DNA from: Psychrobacter sp. HD31
Lineage (GTDB): Bacteria > Pseudomonadota > Gammaproteobacteria > Pseudomonadales > Moraxellaceae
Assembly (NCBI RefSeq): GCF_051097895.1
Contig: NZ_CP142525.1
Coordinates: forward strand, 1,230,001-1,262,000
Direction: 5' to 3'
DNA length: 32,000 nucleotides
The notes under the pieces are model-generated. The model made no database searches. It saw only the letters and a list, made by a program, of their open reading frames with translations, and was not told the DNA's origin. The position numbers and the translations under genes were made by a program. Of the stretch, positions 1 through 8,718 are shown piece by piece (the stretch's first letter is position 1; every line of letters begins with the position of its first letter).

Positions 1-910
1 TATCACAACCGTAATGCACACGCTCAGCAACACCAAGTTGATGTGCAAGTTGCGCAATATATTTACGGTAATCTCTATGCCCTCTATCAAGTGGATGATG
101 TTTAAAAACTAGATGATGACTTGCATCTGCATGGCTGGCAAAGCTACTTACCACCTCATTAATAAAATCTTTCACATCCGTGTAATCACTATGATGTGTG
201 ATTTGTGTATCTTTATGTACTTGCAGAGTACAGACAAAATACGCCTTTTTATGCTGCGCTATCATTTTTTCTAACAAACGTTGATCACGCGCATGGTCCC
301 GTATTTTACGATAAGGTGCTTTTATCCACGCTTTTGCTTCTTGAATGGCCGTTAATCCACGATAATGATAATAGTTTGGATACTTTTTTTTGTTTAGCCT
401 AACAACAATATAGTAAATAATCGCCGCCCAACACAAACGATAAAACCGATTATTGGTATAAAGTGGTTTGTCATGTGCTTTTGGCAAATTATGGATTTTA
501 TTAACATCTAGACGAGAAAAGCCGTTAATACCGTGCTCTTCAAAAGTGATATAGTCAGGTCTAAGATAGCCTTCTTCAAATACAAAAAAGCTGGTTTTAG
601 ATTGCTCACAGTATTCGGCAGCCTTTAAATGATGTGGACGACAATCACCAAAGCAGACGATCGCATCAATATCATGCGTTTCGACAAACTTAGCTAACCA
701 GCCATCAAACTCATCAACCGCTCCCTTATAGTCGTAAGCATTATCATGCTGATAAAAAAAGGCATCACCAGCATTAAAATTAATTTTACTAACCGCTATA
801 TTTTGATCTAATAAAAAAGAAGCAAACCGACTAAAGGATGACCCCATTTTGCCCTGTAGCAACAATACATGCTGATAGGTTAACAAGCGTTGCATAGAGG
901 TGGTTTTCAT
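1..910 (-). CDS. kpsS: Capsule biosynthesis protein KpsS (lipid-linked poly-Kdo linker initiation); N-terminal ~303 codons, C-terminus lies beyond the left window edge
   Basis: Not in the ORF track because it is open at the window edge. Hand translation of the minus strand from ATG at 910 gives MKTTSMQRLLTYQHVLLLQGKMGSSFSRFASFLLDQNIAVSKINFNAGDAFFYQHDNAYDY ... HHLVFKHHPLDRGHRDYRKYIAQLAHQLGVAERVHYGCD. The portions I translated by hand (about 781-910 and 1-481) had no stop. The sequence resembles KpsS/LipB family proteins and sits directly downstream of kpsC. Confidence 0.85.
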   Translation of the reverse strand, partial: MKTTSMQRLLTYQHVLLLQGKMGSSFSRFASFLLDQNIAVSKINFNAGDAFFYQHDNAYDYKGAVDEFDGWLAKFVETHDIDAIVCFGDCRPHHLKAAEYCEQSKTSFFVFEEGYLRPDYITFEEHGINGFSRLDVNKIHNLPKAHDKPLYTNNRFYRLCWAAIIYYIVVRLNKKKYPNYYHYRGLTAIQEAKAWIKAPYRKIRDHARDQRLLEKMIAQHKKAYFVCTLQVHKDTQITHHSDYTDVKDFINEVVSSFASHADASHHLVFKHHPLDRGHRDYRKYIAQLAHQLGVAERVHYGCD

Positions 911-1010
911 GGGTAATAATTGCCTAGAATTTCGCTATAAAAAGCATCTTAAGAAACGTCGCTATAATAGCATAAATGGCTGTATCTGTATTGTAACAAA
1001 GTTTTAATTT

Positions 1011-3290
1011 TTATTGGCTTCGGCTTTTAATGCGATTTCGTATTTGCATAAACCTTAACTTGCTTTGTCCAACAAGTTTACTGATTAACTTTTGTTTTTG
1101 CGGAGTTTGTTGGCTATTTTCGTTTTTATATAAATAATCTATCACTTGCTCTACTTGCGCAAGCCCATAGCCACCGGGTAAGCGGTATAAAGGATATTCA
1201 ATTAAGGTACAATAAATGAGTTGGTTTAAAGTTAAATCGACATGACGTTCTCGCCGTTTTAAAAAATTTGATTTAGGCATAATATCTGAGTCTATATCAT
1301 TTGTTAGCCCCCATCCAGCATAAAATGGCAACCCATAACAAGTTACCTTTTTTTCCCTCAATAAAGCTTCAAACCCTGTTAAGGAGCTGATTGTATGCAC
1401 CTCATCAATTAACGCTAAGCAATCTGGCATAGCAACATCATGGGCAACTGCATCTGCTAAACCTAATGTGGCTTTATCTACCTTGCCCGTTCGCAATCCT
1501 GCTTCTACATCCGGATGTGGTTTATACACAATATAGGCATTCGGGTTATCAACACAAACGCGTTTAATTAACTCAGCATTTTTTGTAATCATAGAACCAC
1601 AAAATTGGACCGACAAATCATCTTCTACTTGCCCAACGACTAATATTTTATGCTTTTTCGTTGTTTGTATTGCTTTTAGCCAATGTAATTTATCAGCATT
1701 TATTTGGTTGCCAACATTATACTTACTTACTTTATTGGCGAGCATATATTGATGTAATTTTTCTGCTCTGGCATTTTGTTGTTCAGTTAACGGAAGGCTG
1801 TTTTTTAACAAACCTTCTAAATCAGATGGTTCTGTTGCATTATAATAAATACCTTGTTTATCCAACACAACAGACAAAGGCGCAAGTAATGTTGCACCTA
1901 AGCCGTTTGAACGAATAAAGCCATCTTCCATACAATAAACGTGGTTACTTGTTTTGTGTTCACCGATTTGTAGGCGCTTTGCAAGCCCCCAAACTAAAAA
2001 TGGACTGTTATTATTTACAAAATAATGATTCGGGTTTGCTAAATTGTTTAGCTTTTGTTTTGGCTTAAAAAATAGTTGGGTTTTAGGAAAGCCAACAAAC
2101 GCTTTTACAAATGGAAACTTCCATTGGCTAAACTCATAAACCATTAAATTACCTTGTAGAAGGTTATGCCACCTACTGTTGGTAATCAGCCAATCCATCG
2201 CCGTATCAATGTCACAACTGACGCCACTGGCAGGATCAACATATTTGCTATAATCAATATATGCTGCAAAAAATAACTGCTCAATAGTAGGTAGCAATGC
2301 TTCTGAGTCATGTAAGTTATGACTACCTAATGAATCATTGTGACGTTGTTTAACCTTCTTTAATAGCTTCTTAGGTGCTTTACTATCGTCTGTTAAACCC
2401 CAGCCTGCGTACCAGTTAACGCCATAACAATGTACAACTTTATTTAATAATAATGCTTCAAATCCCATATGTGAACTCACTGTATAAACTGCTGCTACCT
2501 GCTGCAATAAAGCAATCGGGTTCATTTTTTCAGTTAATATGTGAATCCGTTTTATATGTTTTTTAGGTAAACTTAATTGAGTTAAATACCCTTTTTTGCC
2601 TGCAGGATGTGCTTTAATCCAAATATGAGCGTCAGGATGATTTTTACAGGCATCCTTTAGCATATTTTTAAACTGTTGTTTGTTTGCTCCCGCTCCTTTA
2701 ATTGAAGCGTCGTCTAATACTTGATCAATTAATAAAATATGAGGAGTGTCGGCATTTATGCCAGCTAGCATAGATAAAACTGGAGCCGTCAGTATTTCAT
2801 TATACTTTGAGAGTTTATGTGAGATAATTTTATCAATAAGATAACGTGCATAATCTTGATGTTGTTCAGACCAAATGCTGTCATCTTTTTTTTGAGTAAT
2901 TCTCTGTGTTACAAGTTGTTCTAATCTAGAAGGATTTTCCAGATCGAAATAAATGCCTAGATCATCAACGACCAGACTCACAGCATGACGACTATTTACC
3001 CCTGAGTCTAACGATCGCAAAAAACCATCTTCTATACTAAAGACCTTTACATTTAATTTTTTTGAGGCTTTAAGAGCTCTATAGTAACTCTTTTTTCGTC
3101 CCCAACCAATAAAAGCAGATGGTAAATAATCACGTTGCACTTTTAAAGACCAAGGATACCAACGCACAACGCCTGATTCCAATGTCGCTTCAAGCAAGTC
3201 ATTATTGGTAATCATACCTTTACCAACTACCGCTAAATTTGGCGGTAGTTTCAGCTGATTTTTATTAGGTACATTCAAATTTAAGGTCAT
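1011..3290 (-). CDS. kpsC: Capsule biosynthesis protein KpsC (two-domain beta-Kdo transferase extending the poly-Kdo linker)
   Basis: 759-aa ORF with a duplicated architecture. The motifs IGWGRK...EDGFLRS (N-terminal half) and VWGLAKR...EDGFIRS (C-terminal half) are typical of KpsC/LipA. It lies between kpsD and kpsS. Confidence 0.9.
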   Translation of the reverse strand: MTLNLNVPNKNQLKLPPNLAVVGKGMITNNDLLEATLESGVVRWYPWSLKVQRDYLPSAFIGWGRKKSYYRALKASKKLNVKVFSIEDGFLRSLDSGVNSRHAVSLVVDDLGIYFDLENPSRLEQLVTQRITQKKDDSIWSEQHQDYARYLIDKIISHKLSKYNEILTAPVLSMLAGINADTPHILLIDQVLDDASIKGAGANKQQFKNMLKDACKNHPDAHIWIKAHPAGKKGYLTQLSLPKKHIKRIHILTEKMNPIALLQQVAAVYTVSSHMGFEALLLNKVVHCYGVNWYAGWGLTDDSKAPKKLLKKVKQRHNDSLGSHNLHDSEALLPTIEQLFFAAYIDYSKYVDPASGVSCDIDTAMDWLITNSRWHNLLQGNLMVYEFSQWKFPFVKAFVGFPKTQLFFKPKQKLNNLANPNHYFVNNNSPFLVWGLAKRLQIGEHKTSNHVYCMEDGFIRSNGLGATLLAPLSVVLDKQGIYYNATEPSDLEGLLKNSLPLTEQQNARAEKLHQYMLANKVSKYNVGNQINADKLHWLKAIQTTKKHKILVVGQVEDDLSVQFCGSMITKNAELIKRVCVDNPNAYIVYKPHPDVEAGLRTGKVDKATLGLADAVAHDVAMPDCLALIDEVHTISSLTGFEALLREKKVTCYGLPFYAGWGLTNDIDSDIMPKSNFLKRRERHVDLTLNQLIYCTLIEYPLYRLPGGYGLAQVEQVIDYLYKNENSQQTPQKQKLISKLVGQSKLRFMQIRNRIKSRSQ

Positions 3291-3324
3291 TTATTATGTC
3301 ATATACAAAATTATTAGGCGACTT

Positions 3325-5061
3325 CTATAAGCCTAAAACAACCTTAGTGGCAATAGCAATTTGATAGAATATTTGCGATAAACCACGAGCAATTTCAACA
3401 TTTTTGGTTTTAATTTTAGGCAGTACCATAATTTCATCACCTTGCTGAATTCGGTATGCTGTATTAACAACCTGAGTCTCACCATTTTGATGTACAACTA
3501 AAATTTCTTCTTCATCTGCATTATTGTTGAAGCCCCCTGATTTAGCAACATAATCACCAACCGTTAAATCAGGATTAAAAGTAAGCGCGCCCTGTGCAAG
3601 TACCTGACCATTAACCGTAATCACAGAAGTTTTTTCTGGTATTTCAATGATATCACCCTGTTGTAAAATAATATCCTGCCAAGAGTCCTCGACTACAACA
3701 ATGCGTCCATCTGTTTTAACTTGTCTGGCTTTTGCGATAAATTGTTTTATTAAATTAGCATCATCTTGACGTAATTCCGCTTCTTCTCGTGTTGTTGATT
3801 GGCTCGCTAAAGTCATTTCTTCTAATCTATTTAATGACTCATTAATCAATTTTTTCTGCTTTTCAGCAACTGAAGCACGATAAATGGTTAAATTTTCTAA
3901 ATTAGCCAGCTCAGTCGGTTGTAACTGAGGAATCACATCTTTTAAATGTGTGCCATTTTTAACAATTAAAGCGCCATTGCCAGTATGGGCGCCTTTCACT
4001 TGTACAGCAATCGTACCTGCATAGCGATCTGATGATACCACCAAATGATCACCACGCGTAACTTGCATAGAACTTAGTCTTGAATCATTTAGTGGATAAT
4101 ATTCCGACACTTGCTCACGACCAGAAAAATCAACACCACGAGTGATACTCACATGCGTTGCATCTGTGTCAATCGCCGCCATTCTTAGCGCTTCTACAAC
4201 CGTTTTTGGGCGATCTTTATTAAACTCATAGGTATATTCATTTTTTACACTACCAGATACCGAATACGTATGTTGCTGTGGAGACACTTTAATGACATCG
4301 CCATCTCTAAATGCAAACGGTTGCAATGCACCAAATAATAAAAAGTCATACAAATTAACATCTATCATTTTGCGCCCGTGTCGTATAACTTGAATGCTAA
4401 TATAACTTCCGCTTTGCGGATCCACACCACCCGCCCTATCGAGATATGAAATAGCAGAGTCTGCTGCTAAACCACCATAATAACCTGGTTGATTAACAAA
4501 CCCAGTGACAAATACTTTAACCGGTTGTGCTTCTTCAAGCGCTGCATACACGCCAACATTCGCGCGGTAAACACTACGAACTGCGGCTTGGACTACATTC
4601 TGAAGTTTACCGTTTGATACACCTTGTAAACGAACTGGTCCAACGTTTGGTAAAAAGATATTGCCTTGTGGATCAACCGTCATAGTTGCAGCAAACTGAT
4701 AAGCGCCCCACATACGGACTTGGACGTTATCTCCTGGATTAATCACATAGCTTTGATTAAAACTAGAACCGGCACCTGTTGCAAATGCCCCTCGAAACAA
4801 TTGCGAACCAAACATGTTAGCATCTTGGCTATTTGAATCTTGATAGCCATTTTGATAAGCATTTGTTGAATTGTAAATAATTGAACTTGAAGGCATGCTT
4901 GCTGCCGCAACTGCTTCAGCTGTAGTAGTACTATCTGTATTTGCTAAGCCTTCATTATTAACACTCATATTTGCGTTGCTACCAAATGTGGTCGTTGCAG
5001 CGATTGATTGAGTAACCATCAGCGCACATATGGCAACGGTTAATGGATATTGCTTGTTCAT
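3325..5061 (-). CDS. kpsD: Outer-membrane/periplasmic polysaccharide export protein KpsD (OPX family)
   Basis: 578-aa ORF with an N-terminal signal peptide (MNKQYPLTVAICALMVTQSIAA). It has an FGSQLFRG...PGDNVQVRMWG Poly_export-like region followed by SLBB-like repeats. A Shine-Dalgarno AGGAAG precedes the ATG. It is located in the kps block. Confidence 0.9.
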   Translation of the reverse strand: MNKQYPLTVAICALMVTQSIAATTTFGSNANMSVNNEGLANTDSTTTAEAVAAASMPSSSIIYNSTNAYQNGYQDSNSQDANMFGSQLFRGAFATGAGSSFNQSYVINPGDNVQVRMWGAYQFAATMTVDPQGNIFLPNVGPVRLQGVSNGKLQNVVQAAVRSVYRANVGVYAALEEAQPVKVFVTGFVNQPGYYGGLAADSAISYLDRAGGVDPQSGSYISIQVIRHGRKMIDVNLYDFLLFGALQPFAFRDGDVIKVSPQQHTYSVSGSVKNEYTYEFNKDRPKTVVEALRMAAIDTDATHVSITRGVDFSGREQVSEYYPLNDSRLSSMQVTRGDHLVVSSDRYAGTIAVQVKGAHTGNGALIVKNGTHLKDVIPQLQPTELANLENLTIYRASVAEKQKKLINESLNRLEEMTLASQSTTREEAELRQDDANLIKQFIAKARQVKTDGRIVVVEDSWQDIILQQGDIIEIPEKTSVITVNGQVLAQGALTFNPDLTVGDYVAKSGGFNNNADEEEILVVHQNGETQVVNTAYRIQQGDEIMVLPKIKTKNVEIARGLSQIFYQIAIATKVVLGL

Positions 5062-5220
5062 AAGCAGCTTCCTGTCTATATTTATCTATCTCAGTATTTC
5101 AATCAAGATGCCAACCAATCTATACCAAAATATAAGTGTAAAATGTATACATTGTGTTGGAAAAATAATTTACTATCGTTTCATATTCTTAACGTTTAAC
5201 AAATTAATGGCTCTATTAAT

Positions 5221-6798
5221 TTAATTACTATGATCTTTAATAACAGCCATCACTAAACGGACAAAACCGTACAAAATAAGTAACAATGCTAATGATGTGC
5301 CGATAATGTACCCTTTTCTTGGATACAAAGCTTCTTCTGCTTGATAAGGCGCAGAGATCACCACCAGATTTTTCATTTTACGAAAAGCTTCAAGCTTTGC
5401 CTGTTCATAAGACGAAAGCGCAACTTTGTACATTTCTGAAGCAAATTCTACTTCAGACTTAATAGTCTCAAACTGAATTGTTTGTTGGCTTAATTTTACA
5501 TTGGAGTTAGAGGTTAATTTAGCACGTTCCTCTTGAATTTGTGTTTCAACAGCCCTTATCTGACTGGCAATAGAAACCAACTCTGGCGCATTATCATTTA
5601 AGTAACTTCGTTTTTGTCGTTGTTCTGTGCGTAAACTTGCCAGTTGCGCTTGCAAATTACCAATTAATTGATTAACCATAGCTGCATTAGTCTGCGGATC
5701 AAAAATTTGATTTTTATTTTGATATTGCAACATCCATGACTTTTTAGCATCTAAGTCTTTTTTTGATTCATCTAATTGTTTTTTTGCATACTGTAGTTGC
5801 TCAACTGCAATTTTATTAGACATCTGATTAATAAACTGCTCTGAAAGACCTAAAATAGCTTTATTAAGTTCCACACTATATTCAGCATCAAAACCTTCTG
5901 TCGTAACAGAAAGTACTTTTGTTTGCTCATCAAGATCGATATGCACACGTTTTTTAAAATACTCTAGAAGCTCTTCTTGACTGGCATCTTCAGACAATTC
6001 ATAAATAAAATCTTTGCCATTTATATAATATGCATTATGAAAATCAAATTTTGTGTCTAATCGTTTAACCATATCATTTGACAAAATAAATTGCGTCAAA
6101 TAATTGGCATCTTCACTACTTGTGTTATTAACGCCTAATAAAGCAGCAAATCCTCCATTGGGAGATACTTGTGTATCACTAACTTGCTTTACCACAACTT
6201 CAGAAGTCGATGTATAACGTGGTTGCGCAATAAACACCACGTAGAAAATCACTAATAACCACGGGATGATGACCAAAAAGGAAAATAAGCTAAAGCTTAC
6301 AAGATTTCTAGACCATTTATCTTTAAATCTTTTGTTCTTGATTGATTGCTCATTCTTTTTTGGTGCTTCTGCCTTTGGCTTTGGTGCTTCTGCCTTTGGC
6401 TTTGGTGCTTCTGCCTTTGGCTTTGGTGCTTCTGCCTTTGGCTTTGGTGCTTCTGCCTTTGGCTTTGGTGCTTCTGCCTTTGGCTTTGGTGCTTCTGCCT
6501 TTGGCTTTGGTGCTTCTGCCTTTGGCTTTGGTGCTTCTGCCTTTGGCTTTGGTGCTTCTGCCTTTGGCTTTGGTGCTTCTGCCTTTGGCTTTGGTGCTTC
6601 TGCCTTTGGCTTTGGTGCTTCTGCCTTTGGCTTTGGTGCTTCTGCCTTTGGCTTTGGTGCTTCTGCCTTTGGCTTTGGTGCTTCTGCCTTTGGCTTTGGT
6701 GCTTCTGCCTTTGGCTTTGGTGCTTCTGCCTTTGGCTTTGGTGCCGCTACAGATTCAGCTGATACATTATCTTTCACTATTTTTACCCCAGCAATCAA
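5221..6798 (-). CDS. kpsE: Capsule export inner-membrane adaptor KpsE (PCP-3 family) with a ~146-aa N-terminal extension containing 18 PKPKAEA heptads
   Basis: 525-aa ORF. Residues ~147-525 carry the KpsE hallmarks: a TM helix followed by AQPRYTSTSEVVVKQ (compare E. coli SQPRYMSESKVAIK), a long coiled-coil region, and a C-terminal TM/amphipathic helix. The ORF start is TTG at 6798, 2 nt after the kpsT stop. An alternative GTG at 6777 has GGGG 10 nt upstream. There is no in-frame ATG/GTG/TTG between the repeat and the first TM helix. Confidence 0.88.
   Translation of the reverse strand: MIAGVKIVKDNVSAESVAAPKPKAEAPKPKAEAPKPKAEAPKPKAEAPKPKAEAPKPKAEAPKPKAEAPKPKAEAPKPKAEAPKPKAEAPKPKAEAPKPKAEAPKPKAEAPKPKAEAPKPKAEAPKPKAEAPKPKAEAPKPKAEAPKKNEQSIKNKRFKDKWSRNLVSFSLFSFLVIIPWLLVIFYVVFIAQPRYTSTSEVVVKQVSDTQVSPNGGFAALLGVNNTSSEDANYLTQFILSNDMVKRLDTKFDFHNAYYINGKDFIYELSEDASQEELLEYFKKRVHIDLDEQTKVLSVTTEGFDAEYSVELNKAILGLSEQFINQMSNKIAVEQLQYAKKQLDESKKDLDAKKSWMLQYQNKNQIFDPQTNAAMVNQLIGNLQAQLASLRTEQRQKRSYLNDNAPELVSIASQIRAVETQIQEERAKLTSNSNVKLSQQTIQFETIKSEVEFASEMYKVALSSYEQAKLEAFRKMKNLVVISAPYQAEEALYPRKGYIIGTSLALLLILYGFVRLVMAVIKDHSN
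6361..6738 (-). repeat. 18 perfect tandem copies of a 21-bp unit (plus strand TGGTGCTTCTGCCTTTGGCTT; gene sense AAGCCAAAGGCAGAAGCACCA), in frame within kpsE, encoding (PKPKAEA)n
   Basis: I counted directly from the sequence: 378 bp equals 18 x 21 with no mismatch seen. Partial or degenerate units flank it at 6739-6746 and 6355-6360. All three plus-strand frames are also open across it, which is a repeat artefact. Confidence 0.95.
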
Positions 6799-6800
6799 AC

Positions 6801-7475
6801 TTAGTTTGCACGTGACTTATGGACATGCTCTTTATAAACCTCAATCGCTTCTTTTGTATTTGTAAACACTTTTGCTGATTGATTCATTAAAACAACCCCA
6901 ATATCACAGTTTCTTTCAATATCACCCAAATTATGTGACACCACTAAGAAACCGGCCTGTTTTCTCCGTGCTTCCAATATTTCTTCACTTCTTTTTCTAA
7001 ATGCCGCGTCTCCAACAGCACCCGCTTCATCCAACATATAATAGTCAAAATCAAAGGCCAAACTTAACCCAAAAGTTAAACGCGACTTCATACCTGATGA
7101 ATAACTTTTAACCGGCATATCAAAATATCGACCAATATCTGCAAATTCTTCTACAAAACGTATTTTTTCATCAATGAATGCGCCGCTTGAATATAAACGA
7201 CAAACAAAACGAACATTTTGGCGACCTGTTAAACTCCCTTGAAATCCACCGGCCACACCTACCGGCCAAGAGATCGTTGAGTCTGTCTCGACAACGCCAG
7301 AATCAGGTCGATCTAAACCGCAGATAATACGTAATAAAGTTGACTTACCGGCACCATTGCGTCCAAGTAAGCCAACACTTTGCTTATCTTCAATAGTTAA
7401 ATTTAAGTCTTTAAATAAATAATGCCTGCCCTTTGGTGTCATAAACGACTTAGTGACATTCTTAAGTGTAATCAT
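6801..7475 (-). CDS. kpsT: Capsule polysaccharide ABC exporter ATP-binding protein KpsT
   Basis: 224-aa ORF with Walker [13 protein letters not shown] signature YSSGMKSRL and Walker B YYMLDEA. It is adjacent to the ABC-2 permease gene. Confidence 0.92.
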   Translation of the reverse strand: MITLKNVTKSFMTPKGRHYLFKDLNLTIEDKQSVGLLGRNGAGKSTLLRIICGLDRPDSGVVETDSTISWPVGVAGGFQGSLTGRQNVRFVCRLYSSGAFIDEKIRFVEEFADIGRYFDMPVKSYSSGMKSRLTFGLSLAFDFDYYMLDEAGAVGDAAFRKRSEEILEARRKQAGFLVVSHNLGDIERNCDIGVVLMNQSAKVFTNTKEAIEVYKEHVHKSRAN

Positions 7476-7513
7476 CTGCTTATCTTCTAATCTTATTTAA
7501 ATAACCTTTAATA

Positions 7514-8326
7514 TTATTTTGCGCGTATTAAATCTCGCTCAAATGCTTTGTACATTAATAAGCCAATAAGATCAACTGTCAACATCCATTTAATAAAATA
7601 CATAAAATCAATATGATAATATGGATAAGAGGGTGCTAGTGAATGTCTAATCAGTTCTAAATTATGTACAAAAGGAATATATAACAAATAATTTATATAT
7701 GGTTCAGGAACAATTGTGATTGAATAAATAACCCCTGATGTAAAATATAAAATAGTAAAGATCAGACTCACTACTTTACCAATCTCCCCGCCATAATACC
7801 CAATCATCATCATAATCAGGGCAAACCCCAAACTAAATAAAAACATGGTGAGCCAGCACAGTAACACAACATCTAAATGTGAAAAACTAATCCCTATACC
7901 CAAAAATGCCAATAAAGTTAATAATAAAACAAAAGTGAAAAAATAAATAACCAACTCTAAAAAGGAACGCGCAAAAATCACATCAAAATGCCTAACAGAA
8001 CGATACATCAATAAACCTTTATTTGCTTCAACCGCACCTAAAGATCTATTGGCAATACGCCTAAACATTTGATATGGCACCAAGCCCGCTACCAAAAATA
8101 GCATATAATCAATACCTGGCATTACCCGATGCATAATTGCACCGAAAAAGATTAGATATACAGTAACCTGAAATAAAACTTCTAATGGCGCCCATAAATA
8201 ACCCAATCGAAAACTACCAAAACGTGTTTGTAACTCACGCATTAAAAGAGCATGAAAAGCTGCACCCATAACTTTTAAGCCACTGCGTCTTTTTACGGGT
8301 CGATAAGGAGGTAGTTCAATAGACAT
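7514..8326 (-). CDS. kpsM: Capsule polysaccharide ABC exporter permease KpsM (ABC-2 type)
   Basis: 270-aa polytopic membrane ORF with ABC-2/KpsM-like organisation. It is the first gene of the kpsMT pair. Confidence 0.88.
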   Translation of the reverse strand: MSIELPPYRPVKRRSGLKVMGAAFHALLMRELQTRFGSFRLGYLWAPLEVLFQVTVYLIFFGAIMHRVMPGIDYMLFLVAGLVPYQMFRRIANRSLGAVEANKGLLMYRSVRHFDVIFARSFLELVIYFFTFVLLLTLLAFLGIGISFSHLDVVLLCWLTMFLFSLGFALIMMMIGYYGGEIGKVVSLIFTILYFTSGVIYSITIVPEPYINYLLYIPFVHNLELIRHSLAPSYPYYHIDFMYFIKWMLTVDLIGLLMYKAFERDLIRAK

Positions 8327-8366
8327 ACTAAAATTCTATTTATAATTCATTTAGAAACATTTTAGG

Positions 8367-8375
8367 ATAATACCA
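8367..8375 (-). promoter_or_regulatory. Candidate extended -10 element (TGgTATTAT on the minus strand) for the kpsM operon
   Basis: The minus strand reads TGGTATTAT about 40 nt upstream of the kpsM ATG. No convincing -35 was seen. This is an AT-rich region, so chance matches are likely. Confidence 0.3.
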
Positions 8376-8407
8376 CAATCGCCAAAAGCATTGGATATTA
8401 AACGCTG

Positions 8408-8450
8408 AAAAGTTAATATTTGGTATAAAAAATAACAAATATTAACTTTT
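8408..8450. promoter_or_regulatory. Perfect 15-bp inverted repeat (AAAAGTTAATATTTG / CAAATATTAACTTTT) with a 13-nt spacer, upstream of the kps operon
   Basis: The arms at 8408-8422 and 8436-8450 are exact reverse complements. The repeat lies between the tRNA terminator and the putative kpsM promoter. Confidence 0.4.
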
Positions 8451-8452
8451 TA

Positions 8453-8492
8453 GTAAAAAAAAAGTCAGTAACTATTTAATTAGTTACTGACT
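8453..8492 (-). terminator. Rho-independent terminator downstream of tRNA(CAU)
   Basis: Perfect 12-bp stem AGTCAGTAACTA / TAGTTACTGACT (8463-8474 and 8481-8492) with a 6-nt loop. On the minus strand it is followed by a run of about 9 T (plus-strand A-run 8455-8463). Confidence 0.75.
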
Positions 8493-8501
8493 TTATAAAA
8501 A

Positions 8502-8578
8502 TGGTGGCGATGGAGAGACTTGAACTCTCGACCTCACGATTATGAGTCGTGCGCTCTAACCAGCTGAGCTACATCGCC
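8502..8578 (-). tRNA. tRNA with CAU anticodon (elongator tRNA-Met type; a lysidine-modified tRNA-Ile2 cannot be excluded by eye)
   Basis: The minus strand reads GGCGATGTAGCTCAGCTGGTTAGAGCGCACGACTCATAATCGTGAGGTCGAGAGTTCAAGTCTCTCCATCGCCACCA. It has a 7-bp acceptor stem, a canonical D-loop and T-loop, the anticodon loop CT-CAT-AA and an encoded CCA. The anticodon stem lacks the three G-C pairs of initiators. Confidence 0.9.
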
Positions 8579-8718
8579 AAATTTTGTGTTTTAAACAACA
8601 CACTGCATTTAGAGGTGCGTATTATGCCTAAGACTTATCACATCGTCAAGCCTAAATTAGCATTTTATTTAAAAAAGTTAACACAGACTAAATCTGGGGC
8701 ATTAAACAATTAATAATA

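Noticed and set aside
205-402. 65-aa plus-strand ORF at the left end
   Set aside because: It is antisense to the uninterrupted KpsS reading frame, which has clear family similarity. It has no start context.
5138-5152. 12-bp palindrome AATGTATACATT in the kpsE-kpsD spacer
   Set aside because: It is short and AT-rich, so it is expected by chance in this composition. It has no flanking features to support a function.
6361-6738. Possible CRISPR array, because of many identical short repeats
   Set aside because: The repeats are directly abutting with no spacers, the unit is only 21 bp, and the array is in frame within a coding sequence. No cas genes are in the window.
6266-6865. Three long plus-strand ORFs (199, 157 and 138 aa) encoding GASAFGF, LLPLALV and WLWCFCL repeats, antisense to kpsE
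   Set aside because: They exist only because a 21-bp perfect repeat keeps every frame open. They have no independent start context or Shine-Dalgarno sequence, and they lie entirely antisense to a well-supported kpsE/kpsT reading frame.
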